This document shows positions 12,911 through 26,400 of a stretch of 64,000 nucleotides of DNA, piece by piece (the first letter of the stretch is position 1; every line of letters begins with the position of its first letter). The translations under genes and the position numbers were made by a program. The notes under the pieces were generated by a model. That model saw only the letters and a list, made by a program, of their open reading frames with translations. It was not told the origin of the DNA and did not search any database. The stretch lies in NCBI GenBank assembly GCA_964106645.2, contig OZ067038.1; one strand, written 5' to 3'. The DNA comes from Podarcis pityusensis (taxonomy: Eukaryota).

Positions 12911-14162
12911 TCCACAGAGGTGCAACTGCCACCTTCATTTATAGCTTTCATCATTAGTCCTGTATTACTGTGGTGTTGCAACCTGCCCATGGACCTTATG
13001 GTGAAGGGTGGGAAAGAGATCCATTCAACAACAACACTAACACATCCTTATCCTGCTCTGTATCGTACCTGGGCTGGCCACTTGCACATACCAATTCTAC
13101 ATAGTTGTGTAGCTTGCTTGGCTTTCTTTAATGCCACTCCTCACCTCACCCCCTAAGCCAGTTTGTACCAGCTCGATACTCCCTGCTGATATGCTTCTTA
13201 GCTGCTGCTCCCCATATATAGCCCATTGGAGTCTTTGTTTGCCTTGCACTGCCTTGTACTGAAGCGAAACTCCCCTGAACCTTTTATGGTTCTCTGTAAG
13301 CGTTAAACTCCTATCCCTCTGGAGCAGCAGAAGTACTTTCAGTCAAGGCACTGCTAAGGACAGGAGAATTCTTCCCATCTGTGGCTGCAGGAAAATAGTA
13401 CAGATGCTGGCACAATAACTTTGCAGGGTGATGCCATGATTACTCCCACTTTGTTAGACCCAGTTCTAAGAAACATAAATCTTCCATGCCCTTAATGTTC
13501 CTGCCCTCTTTTGAAGGCCATTCCTGTTTCTTGCGCTCAAATGGTATTGGCAGCAAAAGACAAAAGGTTGCTCACATTAGACATTTACTGAAAGGGTAAT
13601 TCTTCTAGCTGTGAGAGCTTCTGCATATTTCAGTTGCCCTGGCATAATAATTGCCAGTTGTCTTTAGATGGAAGCCCTGCTGCAAATCAGGAAGGGTTTA
13701 GACTTCGTGTGACTTCTGTGGAATGCAGAAATGCTGTGAATATGCCCAGTCCATCTTGCTAACCTGAATTTAAGATTTATACCTGCAAAAAAGCACTTAG
13801 TTATAGGAGCGAATGGAGGCTCTCTGTGAAGTTCATCTGCGTGTTGATTAGACTGTCACACAGCTGCTATGGTGTCGGGTTGTCAAGGTGCTGGGAATGT
13901 TTACATGCTCAAGGTTACCTCTGTCTCTTGGATACAGGACTGACTGCGATGACTTTTCGCTTGCACTCAAACCTCCTCCATAGTACCATTTTAGCATTTT
14001 TAGTTTGGGGCCTATTCTGCCCTGCCCAAGTCACTTTTCTATCCAATTTGAAAAACAGGGAGTGTATCTCAGGCTGGCACACACCTGCTCGCCCACCAGG
14101 TTTCTAATTCCTTGAAAGCAAGGATTGCATCATAGTTTGAGGGATATGCTGAAATAAGCATG

Positions 14163-14303
14163 GGTAAAAAGGTAAAGGACCCCTGGATGGTTAAGTCCAA
14201 TCAAAGGTGACTATGGGGTGCTGTGCTCATCTCGCTTCAGGCTGAGGGAGCTGGTGTTTGTCCACAGACAGCTTTCCGGGTCAGCATGACTAAACTGCTT
14301 CTG
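14163..14303 (-). mobile_element. 5'-truncated Sauria SINE
   Basis: AAAGGTAAAGG is the reverse complement of the (ACCTTT)n tail; typical body (CTCATCTCGCTT…GAGGGAGC…GTCCACAGACAGC); exact 15-bp direct repeat GCTGAAATAAGCATG at 14148-14162 and 14304-14318. Confidence 0.88.
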
Positions 14304-14598
14304 GCTGAAATAAGCATGTCACCCTCTGGATCCATATGGGGACTAGTGCTCTCATACATTTGGGATATGGGAGATAGCATAATCTGGAAGCTGGTTCAGA
14401 AACTTGTCTGCTGTTTGTGGCACCCCAGAGTTCAGTTGGGGGTCTTCCCCTCTCTGCCAGTCACCTCACATCTGTTGAGCCCTCTGCTGCAGTTAATTTT
14501 AGGTACTCTCTTAGCACCTGGCTCCAGTAAATCTGTTTAAACCTATTGCCAGTAGCATCCCCCCCCCCCGCAACTTTATCCCCAAACTTCAGACTGAT

Positions 14599-14851
14599 GA
14601 GCCAGTGTGGTGTAGTGGTTAAGAGCAGTGGACTCGTAATCTGGTGAACCGGGTTCGCATCTCCGCTGCTCCACATGCAGCTGCTGGGTGACCTTGGGCC
14701 AGTCACACTTCTCTGAAGTCTCTCAGCCTCACTCACCTCACAGAGTGTTTGTTGTGGGGGAGGAAGGGAAAGGAGAATGTTAGCCGCTTTGAGACTCCTT
14801 CGGATAGTGATAAAGCGGGATATCAAATCCAAACTCTCTTCTTCTTCCTTC
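14599..14851 (+). mobile_element. Full-length tRNA-derived CORE/L2-tailed SINE (Squam3-like)
   Basis: A box TGGTGTAGTGG, B-box-like GGTTCGCATC, CORE-like GGGTGACCTTGGGCCAGTCAC, (CTT)n tail. Confidence 0.85.
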
Positions 14852-16482
14852 CACAATAATGTATCCCATTGCTCATTTCCTGGATTGGCCATCACATGTG
14901 CTTCTATGTTCCCCATGAGGGCATGAAGATTCACAGCAGGACAATCCTGATCCATTTGATAAACACTCCCCCTGTCTCGCACTGTTAACATTTGGATCAG
15001 CTTGCAAGGGGAGGCTATTTTGGCAGCATCTCTGGCTAGCAGTATGTGTTCAGGCCCTCCATGTTCTTTAGTTTCCATGGCAATCACAGCTAGCCAATAG
15101 CCTTACCCTTTCCCTGGGCTCTCTCTTAGTAGGTGTCTCTCCCACGAGGTTCACTACACTAAATCATCTTCACAGAGCAAGGCAGCTTCTCCACCTTACA
15201 AGGAACTTCAATTCCTTTCGTGCAATTTGGTGTTCTGTTTCTAAATTTGTATTGTTGCTGAAATACATCTCCAGCACGCTCACGAATTTGCCGCCTCCTA
15301 CCCAAATTGGCAGCATCCACTCCTCAGTCTTCTGCCAGTCTTTTTGTATGAAAATCAGCATGAAGTACACATAGCCTTGATCCTCCTTCAGAGATGCGAT
15401 TCATGTATGTTGCCCTGATTAACCTCTCCAATTTTCAATTTATTTAGTCAAACAAATGCCTCCTATCCAGAGGAGGGAAAGTTATTGTGCCTTTTTTTTT
15501 TTTTTTTTTAGCTTTCTGTATTTTTTGTACAAATCTTCCTTTTTTTATTTCCAGCAAGTTGATGATACAGGATGCCAACAACCTGGCAAAAATGTTCTTT
15601 GCATGCTGGTTCCCCACCCACTTACCTCTCTGTATGCAATGATATTAGGAGGAGGGAGGGGACCCACCTGCTCCCTTTTCCCTCCCCACCCTTCCCATGC
15701 TTCCCAAAATATATATTAGACAGAGGGATCTAGGAGGAGGGGATGGTCCCCTGACAGAAGGTATTAAATAGCCTTATGCTGTAATATAGGGGCTAATATG
15801 CTTTTTGTTGTTGTTCATTTTAGGCTTCCATAAACCAACTTTCCATTGATATATGATGTGGCTTAAAAACATTAAAAATGGAGAAATAATGATAATGCCA
15901 GCAATAAATAAATAGAATAACAATTGACTGGGGGCATCAAATCCACCTTACTGCCTCTTTGAAAGTTTGAGTTGGCCACCCAATGAACCTGAAGAGAGGA
16001 TTTGTTTAGAATAAGAGACAACAGATTGTGAACTTTAAAGAGATTCTTCATCAGATATAAGTGGTCACATAAACATTGGTTAACCATGCCAATGGTATAC
16101 CATTAGTGTCATTAATCCCTTTTTGCTTGGTGCCATGTGTTGGTCTGCTGATCAAAGTTTAGAGATATTTGCCCCTTCTCTTCCCACAGTTAGTGCAAAG
16201 ATGGCTACATCAGACACAGTGTCTCTCTTGTCAGTTATCTTGCAGTATAAGCTGATGTGCTGAGGAGGCTGTGTTGGAGATAGGTCTCTGTGTGTCCTCC
16301 TCCTGTTACGAAAGTGTCATGGATTTCACCAACACCATTCCCATATTCCACAGCACAAACTGTGAAGAGCTGCCCTGAAGAGCACAACTTTGAACACTTC
16401 GTTCCCATCTCTCTGAAGCAGGGGAGACACTGTTCCCTTCCAATGGCTAGGATTATGCATGGAATATATATGCATGCATGGA

Positions 16483-16499
16483 TGGATAGATAGATAGAG

Positions 16500-16540
<41 letters not shown>
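16483..16540. repeat. (GATA)n microsatellite
   Basis: About 14 GATA units with one variant. Confidence 0.97.
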
Positions 16541-16541
<1 letters not shown>

Positions 16542-16861
16542 TTAGTCATGGTCACACCCTAAGGTGAGCAAGAAGGGTAGGGGACCAAGGTCAGCAGAAA
16601 AGAGAGGAGACAGGCTCCAGTGCTTGTTGTAATAGGCTGCTTATTTTGCTCAGCTATAATTTGAGGCTGACGTGTTTTGGAGATAAATGTCATTCATCAG
16701 GAGCAATAAGCAAAAACAGTGAAAATAAAGATAATATACAAGGACAATATTAATACTTAATAATGCAAAACCTTATAAATTTTTAAAACTAATACATTCA
16801 AAAATTACTTATCAAAAAGACAAGTTACGATAACATTATTATACTAAGGAAATACATAGCA

Positions 16862-16958
16862 TGCATATCTGAAGGCAGCCCTGTTTAATGTTTGATGTTT
16901 TATCGTGTTTTTAATATTCTGTTGGGAGCCACTCAGAAGTGACCGGGGAAACCCAGCC
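16862..16958 (+). mobile_element. 3' UTR fragment of the same L2 family as 100-547
   Basis: ATCTGAAGGCAGCCCTGTTTA…GGGGAAACCCAGCC matches 378-478. Confidence 0.75.
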
Positions 16959-17687
16959 AATAAACTGGAAATTTAACATCAAAAATCTATACAACTTCCA
17001 TTCTGTGTTTATAGCTCTTCTCTGGTCCAATGGTCGCACTCTAAACCGAGAATTTACTAAACACAGTATTTCACCTTTTCAATGACGCATGGTGGTTCAA
17101 ATACAAGGCCATGTAGTTAATATTTATAATGAATTCCTATATCTCAACTATTAGTCCCTGAGCTCGTGAGAACCTTTCCTTTGGAAAATGGCAAGGAATT
17201 GTGTTTTACTGCCTTTGTTGTTGTTGTTTTTAAACAAGAGGGGAAGAAAGCAGGCTCCATGCTAAGCAGCTTAGGACATTGACCTTCATATAATCCAAAC
17301 AGTATTGTTTGTGAGTACATAGAGATTTTCCTTAGCAGACAATGAGTTTGAGAAACAGTACTGACAGCATGAAATAAGACGTATTTGGGATATTCTGAAA
17401 CTTAACAAATGAAGCTTAAGACCCACTAAGATGGCATAATGGGGACAGCCATGTCTGTAATTCATATATTTGCTCCATTCACTTTTAAAGTGGGATATGG
17501 GGGTGCTCTAATTTTTACAGCAGAAGTTGTACAAGGGCAAGTGGAGCTGAAGCCTATTTTCTTACTGCTCTTGAGTCATTTTGGGTGTCCTCAGTCCTGT
17601 TCCATTACCAGAAATGAGCTGAACTAGGAAGAAAAATGTCTTACGTGACAGAGCACAGTTAGGTAAGTCAATGAACATAAGCAGCTG

Positions 17688-17697
17688 CCTTATATGG
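17688..17697. promoter_or_regulatory. Consensus CArG box (SRF) with an abutting E-box
   Basis: CAGCTG (17682-17687) immediately followed by CCTTATATGG; motif only, function untested. Confidence 0.5.
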
Positions 17698-17879
17698 ACG
17701 CAAATTGTTGATCCTTCTAGAAGTAATGTAAACACACCAGCAGGAGCACCAGATTGTTTCTGCTGGTGTGTTTGCACCACATCCCTCTCCCCGCTGTCTC
17801 ACCCCAACTCCTGGCACGGTCACTCATACCCATTTCATAGGCTAGTACAAAGGCCTCATGGTGTTACAACTTGTAGCTA

Positions 17880-18400
17880 CAGTGGTTCCTTGGTTCTCAA
17901 ACGCCTTGGTTCTCAAACAACTTGGAACCCAAACACTGCAAACCTCGAAGTAAGTGTTCCAGTTTGCGAACTTTTTTCGGAAGTCAAATGTGCTCCATTT
18001 TGAGTGCTTCCAACTTGAGTGCCACACTTCTGTTTTGAATGCCACACTTCCGTTTTGAGTGTTACGCTGAGGTCTGTCTGTTTTTGCTATTTATTTTGCA
18101 TTTTTTTGCATTTTTGTGGCTCTTTTTCTTTGGTGTGTGACTGTGTGGAACCCAGTTCAGCTACTGATTGATTGTGTGGCTGCAGTACATTGTTTATTGC
18201 TTTCATTTTATGGATCAATTATCTCGTTAGATAGGAAAATTCATGCTAAATTGCTGTTTTGGGGGTTGTTTTTAAAAGTCTGGAACAGATTAATCCATTT
18301 TGCATTACTTTCTATGGGAAAGTGTGCCTTGGTTTTGGAATGCTTTGGTTTTGGAACGGACTTCCAGAACGGCTTAAGTTTGAGAACCAAGGTACCACTC
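17880..18400. mobile_element. Tigger/pogo-like MITE
   Basis: TIR CAGTGGTTCCTTGGTTCTCAAAC / GTTTGAGAACCAAGGTACCACTC; TA flanks; ends related to 1302-1544. Confidence 0.85.
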
Positions 18401-18404
18401 TATT

Positions 18405-18607
18405 TGTTACCCTGCTTTATGCCCAAGGAGCTTATGGCAGTGTACTTGGTTCTCCCCTCCATTTTATCCTCACGACAACCCTGTGAGATAGGTTAGGCTG
18501 CAGGATGGTGAGTGGCCCAGCAGGTGGGCTTCACGGCTGAGTCGGGATTTGACCAGGGCCTTCCCAGTCCTGGGCCAACTCTGTAACCACTGTACCACAT
18601 TAGCTCT
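18405..18607 (-). mobile_element. Older tRNA/CORE SINE
   Basis: Reverse-complement head (AACCACTGTACCAC, GGGATTTGACC) and ATCCTCACGACAACCCTGTGAG body. Confidence 0.75.
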
Positions 18608-19046
18608 ACAGATCCTTGGCACACCAACAAAAAGTGTTAAGGCTGGCTGAGAAGGGCAGCTGATTGGACCAGTAGCCCACTTGATCCAGTATCCTTATTT
18701 AGGAATGTTCTTGAGGACCAAAGTAAGTTTAAAGGGTGATTTCATGTATATTTGTGAGGAATCTGGCCACAGTTGAAAGAGCTTCCCAAAAGCCAATCAG
18801 TAAAGGGTGGCTGAAGTACTGAAATGCTTCAGTTTGGCTGCGGATGTATTAACTATACTAATGTGTAATCCTTTAATCCCACTAAGCATTTTACTTCAGT
18901 GACAGACACTGCAGTTAGCAAGTTCCACCGGCTAAGAAAGCGCTGAATGTGAAAGCCTTGTTTTCTGTCAGATCTCTTTCTTTTTTGCCTGATTCTTCCT
19001 CTGGTTGTAAGGGAAATAATTCCATTGTGTTCTCTTAAACTTGTCA

Positions 19047-19230
19047 ATGGTTAGAGTGTCAGACTAGGACCTGGGAGACCAGGGTTCAAATCCCTACTTG
19101 GTCATTAATCTTACTGGGTGTCTCTCATGGTTGTTGTGCTAGTTAAGCAAGGAGGTGAAGAACCAAGTACACCACCTTGAGCAACTTGAACATAAAGGTG
19201 GGATATCAATGAAACTAATAAATAAATAAT
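19047..19230 (+). mobile_element. Older tRNA/CORE SINE
   Basis: TGGTTAGAGTGTCAGACTAGGACCTGGGAGACCAGGGTTCAAATCCC head; (TAAA)n tail. Confidence 0.75.
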
Positions 19231-19919
19231 AAACTTTTTTGTATGGATCTCCCTTTCAGACATTTTGGCGCTCTCTGAACACATTACTCTGCTCCCCCAA
19301 CCTTTAAAAAATGAAGCCAATTAACATCACTTTGCACCTTGGCACATTTCATTATTCAGTATTCACAAACGAGTTAGTCATTGCCTTAATTCTGTTTGTC
19401 TTTTTAAAACATTAAGGCATATGTGTCCTGTGGTACCTGAGAGAGAGCGAGAGTGAGAGAGATCACAGTTAATAAAGAATGAAAGAGGACTCAATGCAGA
19501 CTAAAAGTGAAAATAAATTTATGAAAAGCAAAAGGTTTTCAAAATAGTAGGACACAGAATTGAGAAAAGGTTGACTTCTGTGTATTAAACATGTCCCTTT
19601 TCCCCCTCTTACAAGTGACGCTATTGATTTGATGTGGCACAGTAGGAGAGAACAGAGATCCGCAAAACCCTTTAAACTTTTAATTTTTTTTTATATGCCA
19701 CTTGATTGTAATAAAACTTCTAAGCAGTTTACAAGAAATGTTGAGATTTTCAGTAAAAACAGTTAAAAACAAATCATCCTACATTGAAAAGAGAATTAAA
19801 TTGACAGTAGACCCAGGGATTTGTCAGTTTCCATTTTGGCAGTTTGGCCTAGACCTTTTCTCTCATTGCCACTATTTGCCTCAGTCCCTCGGAAGTTAGT
19901 TTTGGCACTGAGTTCTGAC

Positions 19920-20400
19920 TTACATATTCAGCTGTGGAGGCAATTCATTCAGCTTCTCGGAAATCTTCTTTTCTTTCTTTAGCTTAACTTCTCCTTTTCT
20001 TTCTTTAGCTTACCTTCGACTCCCTTCCCAACCCTTCCTAGGGTCTCTTGCTACTAAAATATCTAAATTAATTTTTGTTGCCTGCCTTTATATTTTTAGC
20101 AATGTGCTCAATTTTTTTTTTTTTAGCATTCCTTCTTGTCTGCCTGCATCCCCCCCACCCCCCAAGGTTTGTGTTCCTTTTTTTGTTCTGCTCATTTGGA
20201 AAGACTTCCGTTTTTCAAAGGAAGCCTTCTTGCCTCTAGTAACTTCTTTGACTCTGCTCCTTAACCACGCTGGCATCCTCTTGGTCCTTGTGGTGCCTTT
20301 CCTGATCTGTGGTATGCACTCCAGTTGAGCTTCTAATAATGTGTTTTAGACAACTCCCAATAATTTTGAAGTGATGTGGGGCCTTTCAACTTCCCTTTTA
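19920..20400 (-). mobile_element. CR1 LINE internal ORF2 fragment
   Basis: Minus-strand peptide PAWL...VKE...GKK.SF.K resembles the CR1 endonuclease-RT linker; frame is disrupted. Confidence 0.6.
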
Positions 20401-23400
20401 CAAGAATACACGATTTTATGTTTTAATGTAGGTTGTAAACCACCTTGAGATTTTTCTTCTTAAAAATATAAAATGGTATAGATGTGAAATGAATTAATAA
20501 CAACCACAGTAATAATAGTTAATGGAATTTGTAACCCTTGATATATGGAGATAGCTGTTGATTGTTTGTTTTAAAACAAATTAAATGAATGGAGAATTTA
20601 TCAGTGAACAGTAGGTAGGTTAAGCCAAATGGAGCCCCCATGGTTAAAGGCGCAATGTTCCTTAATTGAGTGTCAGGGGCAAACATTTTTGTGGCTAGAT
20701 CAGCAAGGCTTTTGCTCTCAGCCAGCAAGTCAGTTCTTAAGAACATGAGTGCAGCCACATACTGTACTTGTTGCAAACTGTATGTTCTTGTAGATTCATA
20801 GTTATGCTTGAGGAGGCTAGAACAGTTGTTTTCTTGACCCCAGGACAACCCACTATGGCACAGTGTGAAAACTTTTCCTCTACAGTTGTGCCAGTCTCTG
20901 ATTTATGACAGATGTCACATGCTCCATTCTTCAGGTTTCATAGCAGGGGAACAATAAGATTTTCTCCTTAGCCTGCCCTTTTTAGCTAAGTAGAGCTATC
21001 ACTTATGATCACCATCAGGGAGGGATTTTTGCACCCTGGTTTATATTTCTGGCAGCTGCGTGACAAAAGTGGCAGAGTTGGTAAACTTGTTGAGCAAATA
21101 ACTAGAAGAATTTAGAAAAAATAATAATGAGCGGATAAGAGTTTGAACTATGGAAAATTCCTCTGCTTTCAGAATGTTGAAAGACTAGTGTCTGGTTTAG
21201 GAGCCCTTTTGAAATTGAAGTTTGAAACCCAAAGTTGGCAAAAGAGCTCCCATGTTTTAAAAACAGAGTGCAGAATAGAGGTGAAAAAAATCCATCAGCA
21301 TCTGATTTCATTTAGAAATGTCTGTTTCAGTGATGGGTGTGTTTATGCTGAAGAGTCTAGCACACAGTGAAGAAAAATCCTAATGCTCTCAGCATCTGCA
21401 AGCACCTTGGAATTGATCCTGTCTTTTTTCTTTTTCTTTTTTTGTAAAAAAGCAAAATTAAAACTAGCTTGGCTGCTGCCTCTTATCTGGGATGGTCACA
21501 TCCTATCCTAGATGAGACCTGGGTACCCTGTAAGGCAGGGTGGCCCAACTTTTCATACCAAGTGGGCCACAAGAGTACTTCGACACGGAACCCATGGACC
21601 ACACACTCTCTGCCTTGTTGGGGGGTGAGGGGAGAGAGGTAAAAATTAAATGCCCCCCTCAGCTCTTGCACTGCCTTTTTTGGGAAGGGGAGGGGTCCTA
21701 GAGCCCTCACACCTCCTTCCCAAAGCTGGGAAACTACTAACTAGTGTTTGCGAAGGAGACATGGATGGGGATGCTCATTGGTCATGTGGCTGAGGCCAAT
21801 GAGAGTTTAAGTCCAACAGCCACAGGTCCTCCAGCCCTGTTTTAAGTTAACTCCCTGCTTCATTGCACTGCTGTAGCTTTCCATCTGCTTCCTATATCAT
21901 CCCCCACATCTAATATACTGTAGCACAGACTTTCCCAACCTGGCTACAGCTGGTGGCAGTTGTCCAAAATTTCTGGACGGCACCAAGGTGGGAAAGACGG
22001 CAGGATGTAGATATGGAATAGTTTTTGTCTCCATTTTTGTAGCATCCTAACAACTCTGTGAAAGGGGGGTCAGATTGGCACCCATCTAACTTTTCCCTGC
22101 CACAAGGCCTTGAAGATACTAGGCTGCTGTCCAAAACTCAAGGCATCAGCCATTCCCAAAGGCAGGAGGGGGCACCGTGTGTCATTTGCCGTAGTGCTTC
22201 ATGATCAGCATGAAACTGGTATGCTGATCATGTGCAAAATTTAATTGGAGTTCAAACGTTAGTCCAAAGGCTTCTCCCCAGCCTTGCCTTCTAAGACTTT
22301 TTTAACTGTGTAAAACTGGGGAGGGAACCCAAGATTGTTAATATATAGGAAAGCAGAGGCTTTGTTCCCGACGTGTGCTACACTCCCTTTTCTTTTGTCC
22401 TGTATTCACACTTCTCTTCACTTCTGCTTTGTTTTTCAAACGGTGTCTGTCTTGTCATGTTTAGAATCCAGAAGGACTGTGGAATTTAACACCTAGCATT
22501 CTGCAGGTTTGCCTTCTGCATTTCTCTTCTGTCTTCTTTGGTCTTGTAAATCTTATGGCTGTAATTTTAGCCACTGCTGCTCAAACTCCTTCCTTTCTAG
22601 TATTTGTAAACTTTCCCTGCTGTGCCATATGTTAAATTACTCTTTTAGCCGGATACAGTAGCACAATATTGGTAACCTAGTCAAAGGGTTATATGTCTGT
22701 CAGATCTGAAGAGAGGAATGATTGGAAACTTCAGAAAAGTGGGACTTGGGCAAAAAAAACCAAAAAGCTTTGAGTAAATGGAACTATTTCATGGATCCAG
22801 CACAAGTAATTTTCTTTTTTAATTAAATGAATTTTGTTCCTGGAAAACTTAGACTTTTTTCTTCTTGAAGCACACTGGGATGAAAATGTTTTCTGAAGAG
22901 CTGGATTTGGCCACTTGATATTTTGGATTTGTTTTTGTTTGCTTGCTTTCATTTATTTTCCCAATGACCCCTGGCAAATTTGTTTAAGATGAAACAGCAT
23001 CAGTTCAGTGTTGATGTTGGACTTTTCTGGAGTCACTTTCTCCAATAACTCTATTTAGTCCATTCCAAGCACTGGCAGGAGCCTGGAGATGTTTGGGCAG
23101 ATCATTCATGCTTTTAGCCCTCATGTGTTCAGGCAAACACTTGAACACAACCTGAAGGACAGAGAGAACACAGGGACAGAACACCCTCAATATTTTGGTA
23201 ATGCCCCCCTCCCATTTTGTGGCTGAACCTGCAACACTTTAAATTCTCCAAATGTACTCATCAACCCCCAAAGGTTGGGGAACCCTGCTTTAACATTATG
23301 CTTAACCATTTGAATTTTCTCCATTCCTGGAGTGTTGGATACTACTGTGACAAGCACACACTATGGACAAAAGTTTCCAGGTGACCAGTTGGCCATGCTA

Positions 23401-26400
23401 CTGAAATTAAGAGTACTATTAAGCCGTTGAATATCCTGTCAGCCAAGATTATTTTCTCTTCGTATTTCTAGTCCACTTTCCACAATGTTCCCTCCCCTAT
23501 TTCATTGGACTTGGTCTTGGTACAGCCTTTCACCTTTTCCAACTCAGCTTTCAGTAACTGGAATCAGTGCCTCTCCTTCTCTAAACTGAAAACTGTCACC
23601 TTAAGAAGATTTATGCATGGGTGAGGGGAAGGAGGTCTGCTTAAAATGCTGTTAAAATTGGTGCTGCTCATTATAAAAGACCTGGGCATTATATGTCTAG
23701 CTAACCCCCATCTTTTAAAGCTGCAGGTTAGTCTGCAGTCATATCGAAGTTAGTCATTTCAGAATTTCTCTTGTGTGCCTTTTTCTGGAATGAAAGCTGA
23801 ATCACAGGCAACTTATGACAAATCTTCCTAACTGGGCAAAACTGTTCTGCCTGTCTCTGCCATACATTAGGTATGCCTGGTGAGCATGCTGACCCAAGAA
23901 AGGTTTTCGAAACTGAAAAGGTGTGAAAAATCAAGTTAACTGTCAAAACAGCTTTGCTTTGCAAAGAAGAGCGCTAATTGCAGTTTTGGCTCCCAACAAG
24001 TCAGATGTGACTGGAGCATTACAAATATTTTGCATTGCCAAATCAGTTTTATATTGAAAAATACATGGGTTGCATGTGGAAAGAAATTAGGGCATTTGTT
24101 ATCTAGATTACTTTCTTTGGCAGTTTTATAAGATATTGCCCCTTACTGGTGGTAGGTTTGCTAGTTACCCTGAGGCTGTGATCAATTACTTCAGTAATTC
24201 TGCTTCCTCTTCCTCTTCCTCCAATCCATGCCCAATTCTGACAGGGCCATGGGACTCATGACAGCATAGCATTAGAGGAAGAAAAACTCAGTTTAAAATT
24301 TTACTGCTTTCTCTCATGCCCCAGCTTGAGGAATCCTCTTCAGCGGATGATCTGGAGCTCCCAGATCGAAACATAGCCTGTCTCAAGGGACTGTGAGGTA
24401 GACCGGGGGTGGGGTCCAGACCCTCAGCGATCCATCCTTTCATTCACAACCCGGGTAACCCCTTCTCAGCTTCAGATGCCAGGTAGGCACCAAGCCCTAG
24501 GGAACAGAGGTGCCTAAAGGTGTCCAAAGACACTTTAGGAGTAAAGGAATATTTGTGAGTAAGCTACTGTATGTGAATACACCAAATCTGCAAGCAATAA
24601 AGATGGCTTGCAGCTGTGTCGTGAGTGGAGACTCAAATTAAAAGCCCTTAGTTCCAGACCGAGTGCTAGAGCAGCATCTTTGCTCCAGTTCCCTGACTTC
24701 TGTTTATCTAGCTTAGCTGGTCACTAGATATCCCCCCACACCCTGTGTTTGGATTTTGGACTGTTCCTGTGTTGCCTGCATTTTGGCTCTGACCTTGCTT
24801 CTCATGCTAGTCTTAAATCTGGACTTTTTAAGATTGGGATGGCCCTGTGAGCTCCCAGCTGTTCTTCCTGTGTGGCACCTGGAACAGGACATTTGCTGAT
24901 AACTCTTTCAGACTCCACATTATTTGATCAAGTTTAATGAGATCATCCAGCTTCTCTGCTGTATCAGGTGATGTGTGTATGTGTACATACTGTACATACA
25001 GGAAGCATAAACATAGGATGCACATTTTATAAGCACATTTACTAGCAGCACTTCTGTGGAACATCCAAAATATCCTGAATGAAGCGCATTTAAAACACAC
25101 AAAATATGTCAACGATTGAAAGACATTTATGTGGCAGGAGCTCACTTGGTCCCCAGAGCTCCTATGTAAACAACAGCTGTGTTGAGATCAGTCCAAAGTT
25201 GACTGTTCCAGGTTTTGGCTCACAACTGAAAGAAAATTTGGAGGTGTAAACATTTAAAGGGCCGTGATACACTGCCCTTCCTCTGTCTTGAATCAGTTAC
25301 ACAAACAATAAACTAATAGTACTGTCATGGGGCAGGAGCAGACAACACATGGGGAGGCAAAATTCCAAGGCTCTAAGATCCTCAGAAACCTTATTCAAAG
25401 AGATCATGATTTCATCAGCTTCCTCAGGAATTTATGCCTTTCACCCCTGCCAGGTTTTCCTGATTACCAATCTTCTTTCCTTACCCCATAGAAATGAATG
25501 AAGCAAAAGTATTGATTCATTTCTATGGAGCAGGGGAAAGGGGTTGCAAATACAATCAGGAAAACCCTCACACAGGAAACACAATTTCCATCTTACAACG
25601 TGAATAAAAGAAGATATACCTGGAGGGGGACTTATTTTTGTTTACGGCAGCAAGATAACTTAGCCCTTCTGGGTTAGAAGCTTTTGACTGTTTCAGGTGG
25701 TTGTTGTTTTCGATAAGGAGTGCCCTTTTGATTTGCCCAGTGAGAAGACTGTAGAATGCTTAATTCTCATACTGATTCTATGATTCTACAGAAATGCACA
25801 GTTTCTACTTTGCCCAGTGATTGCACCAGGTTCATTCTAGTTGAACTGGCTTAGGGATTATTATTTGATCATCTTGCCATGTGCTCTGGTATTTGTAACT
25901 CCAAAGTATTGCTACCGGACACTCCAATCTCTGCTGAGCAGTTCGAGATTTCAGCAGTCTTGGTGCTCAGCCAGGGCTGGTGTTTCCTTCGGGGGAAATG
26001 TGGCATGGCGGAAGCTGTAGTGTCTTTATGAAATATGGTTTACTTCTACATATTTAGCCCCGAGTCTGGATGGAGTGAGGGATCAGAGCATCACATCTCA
26101 TGAAGGGCTTCCTCCCTGTAACAGCGCATCATTGGATTCAAAAGCAGCCCAAACGCCATCTCTCTGTCTCCTCCTCACAGCTTATCTGTCCCTCAGCCCG
26201 CATGGCCTCTGGCTCCACCCTTCTTCGTCCCCAAACCCTTGCTAAAAATGCAACCCATGCCTCAAGTAAAAAGGACACCCCCCCCCCCCCCGTGGTAACA
26301 TCACACCCCCTGTAACCCTGGCAACCTCCCCCTCCCAACTCTGCTATAATCTTTCACTAACTAACACACAGCTGGGGGAGGGACTCCACCCCCTTATTGT

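Noticed and set aside
14461-15087. 208-aa minus-strand ORF
   Set aside because: Antisense reading through a SINE; no protein features
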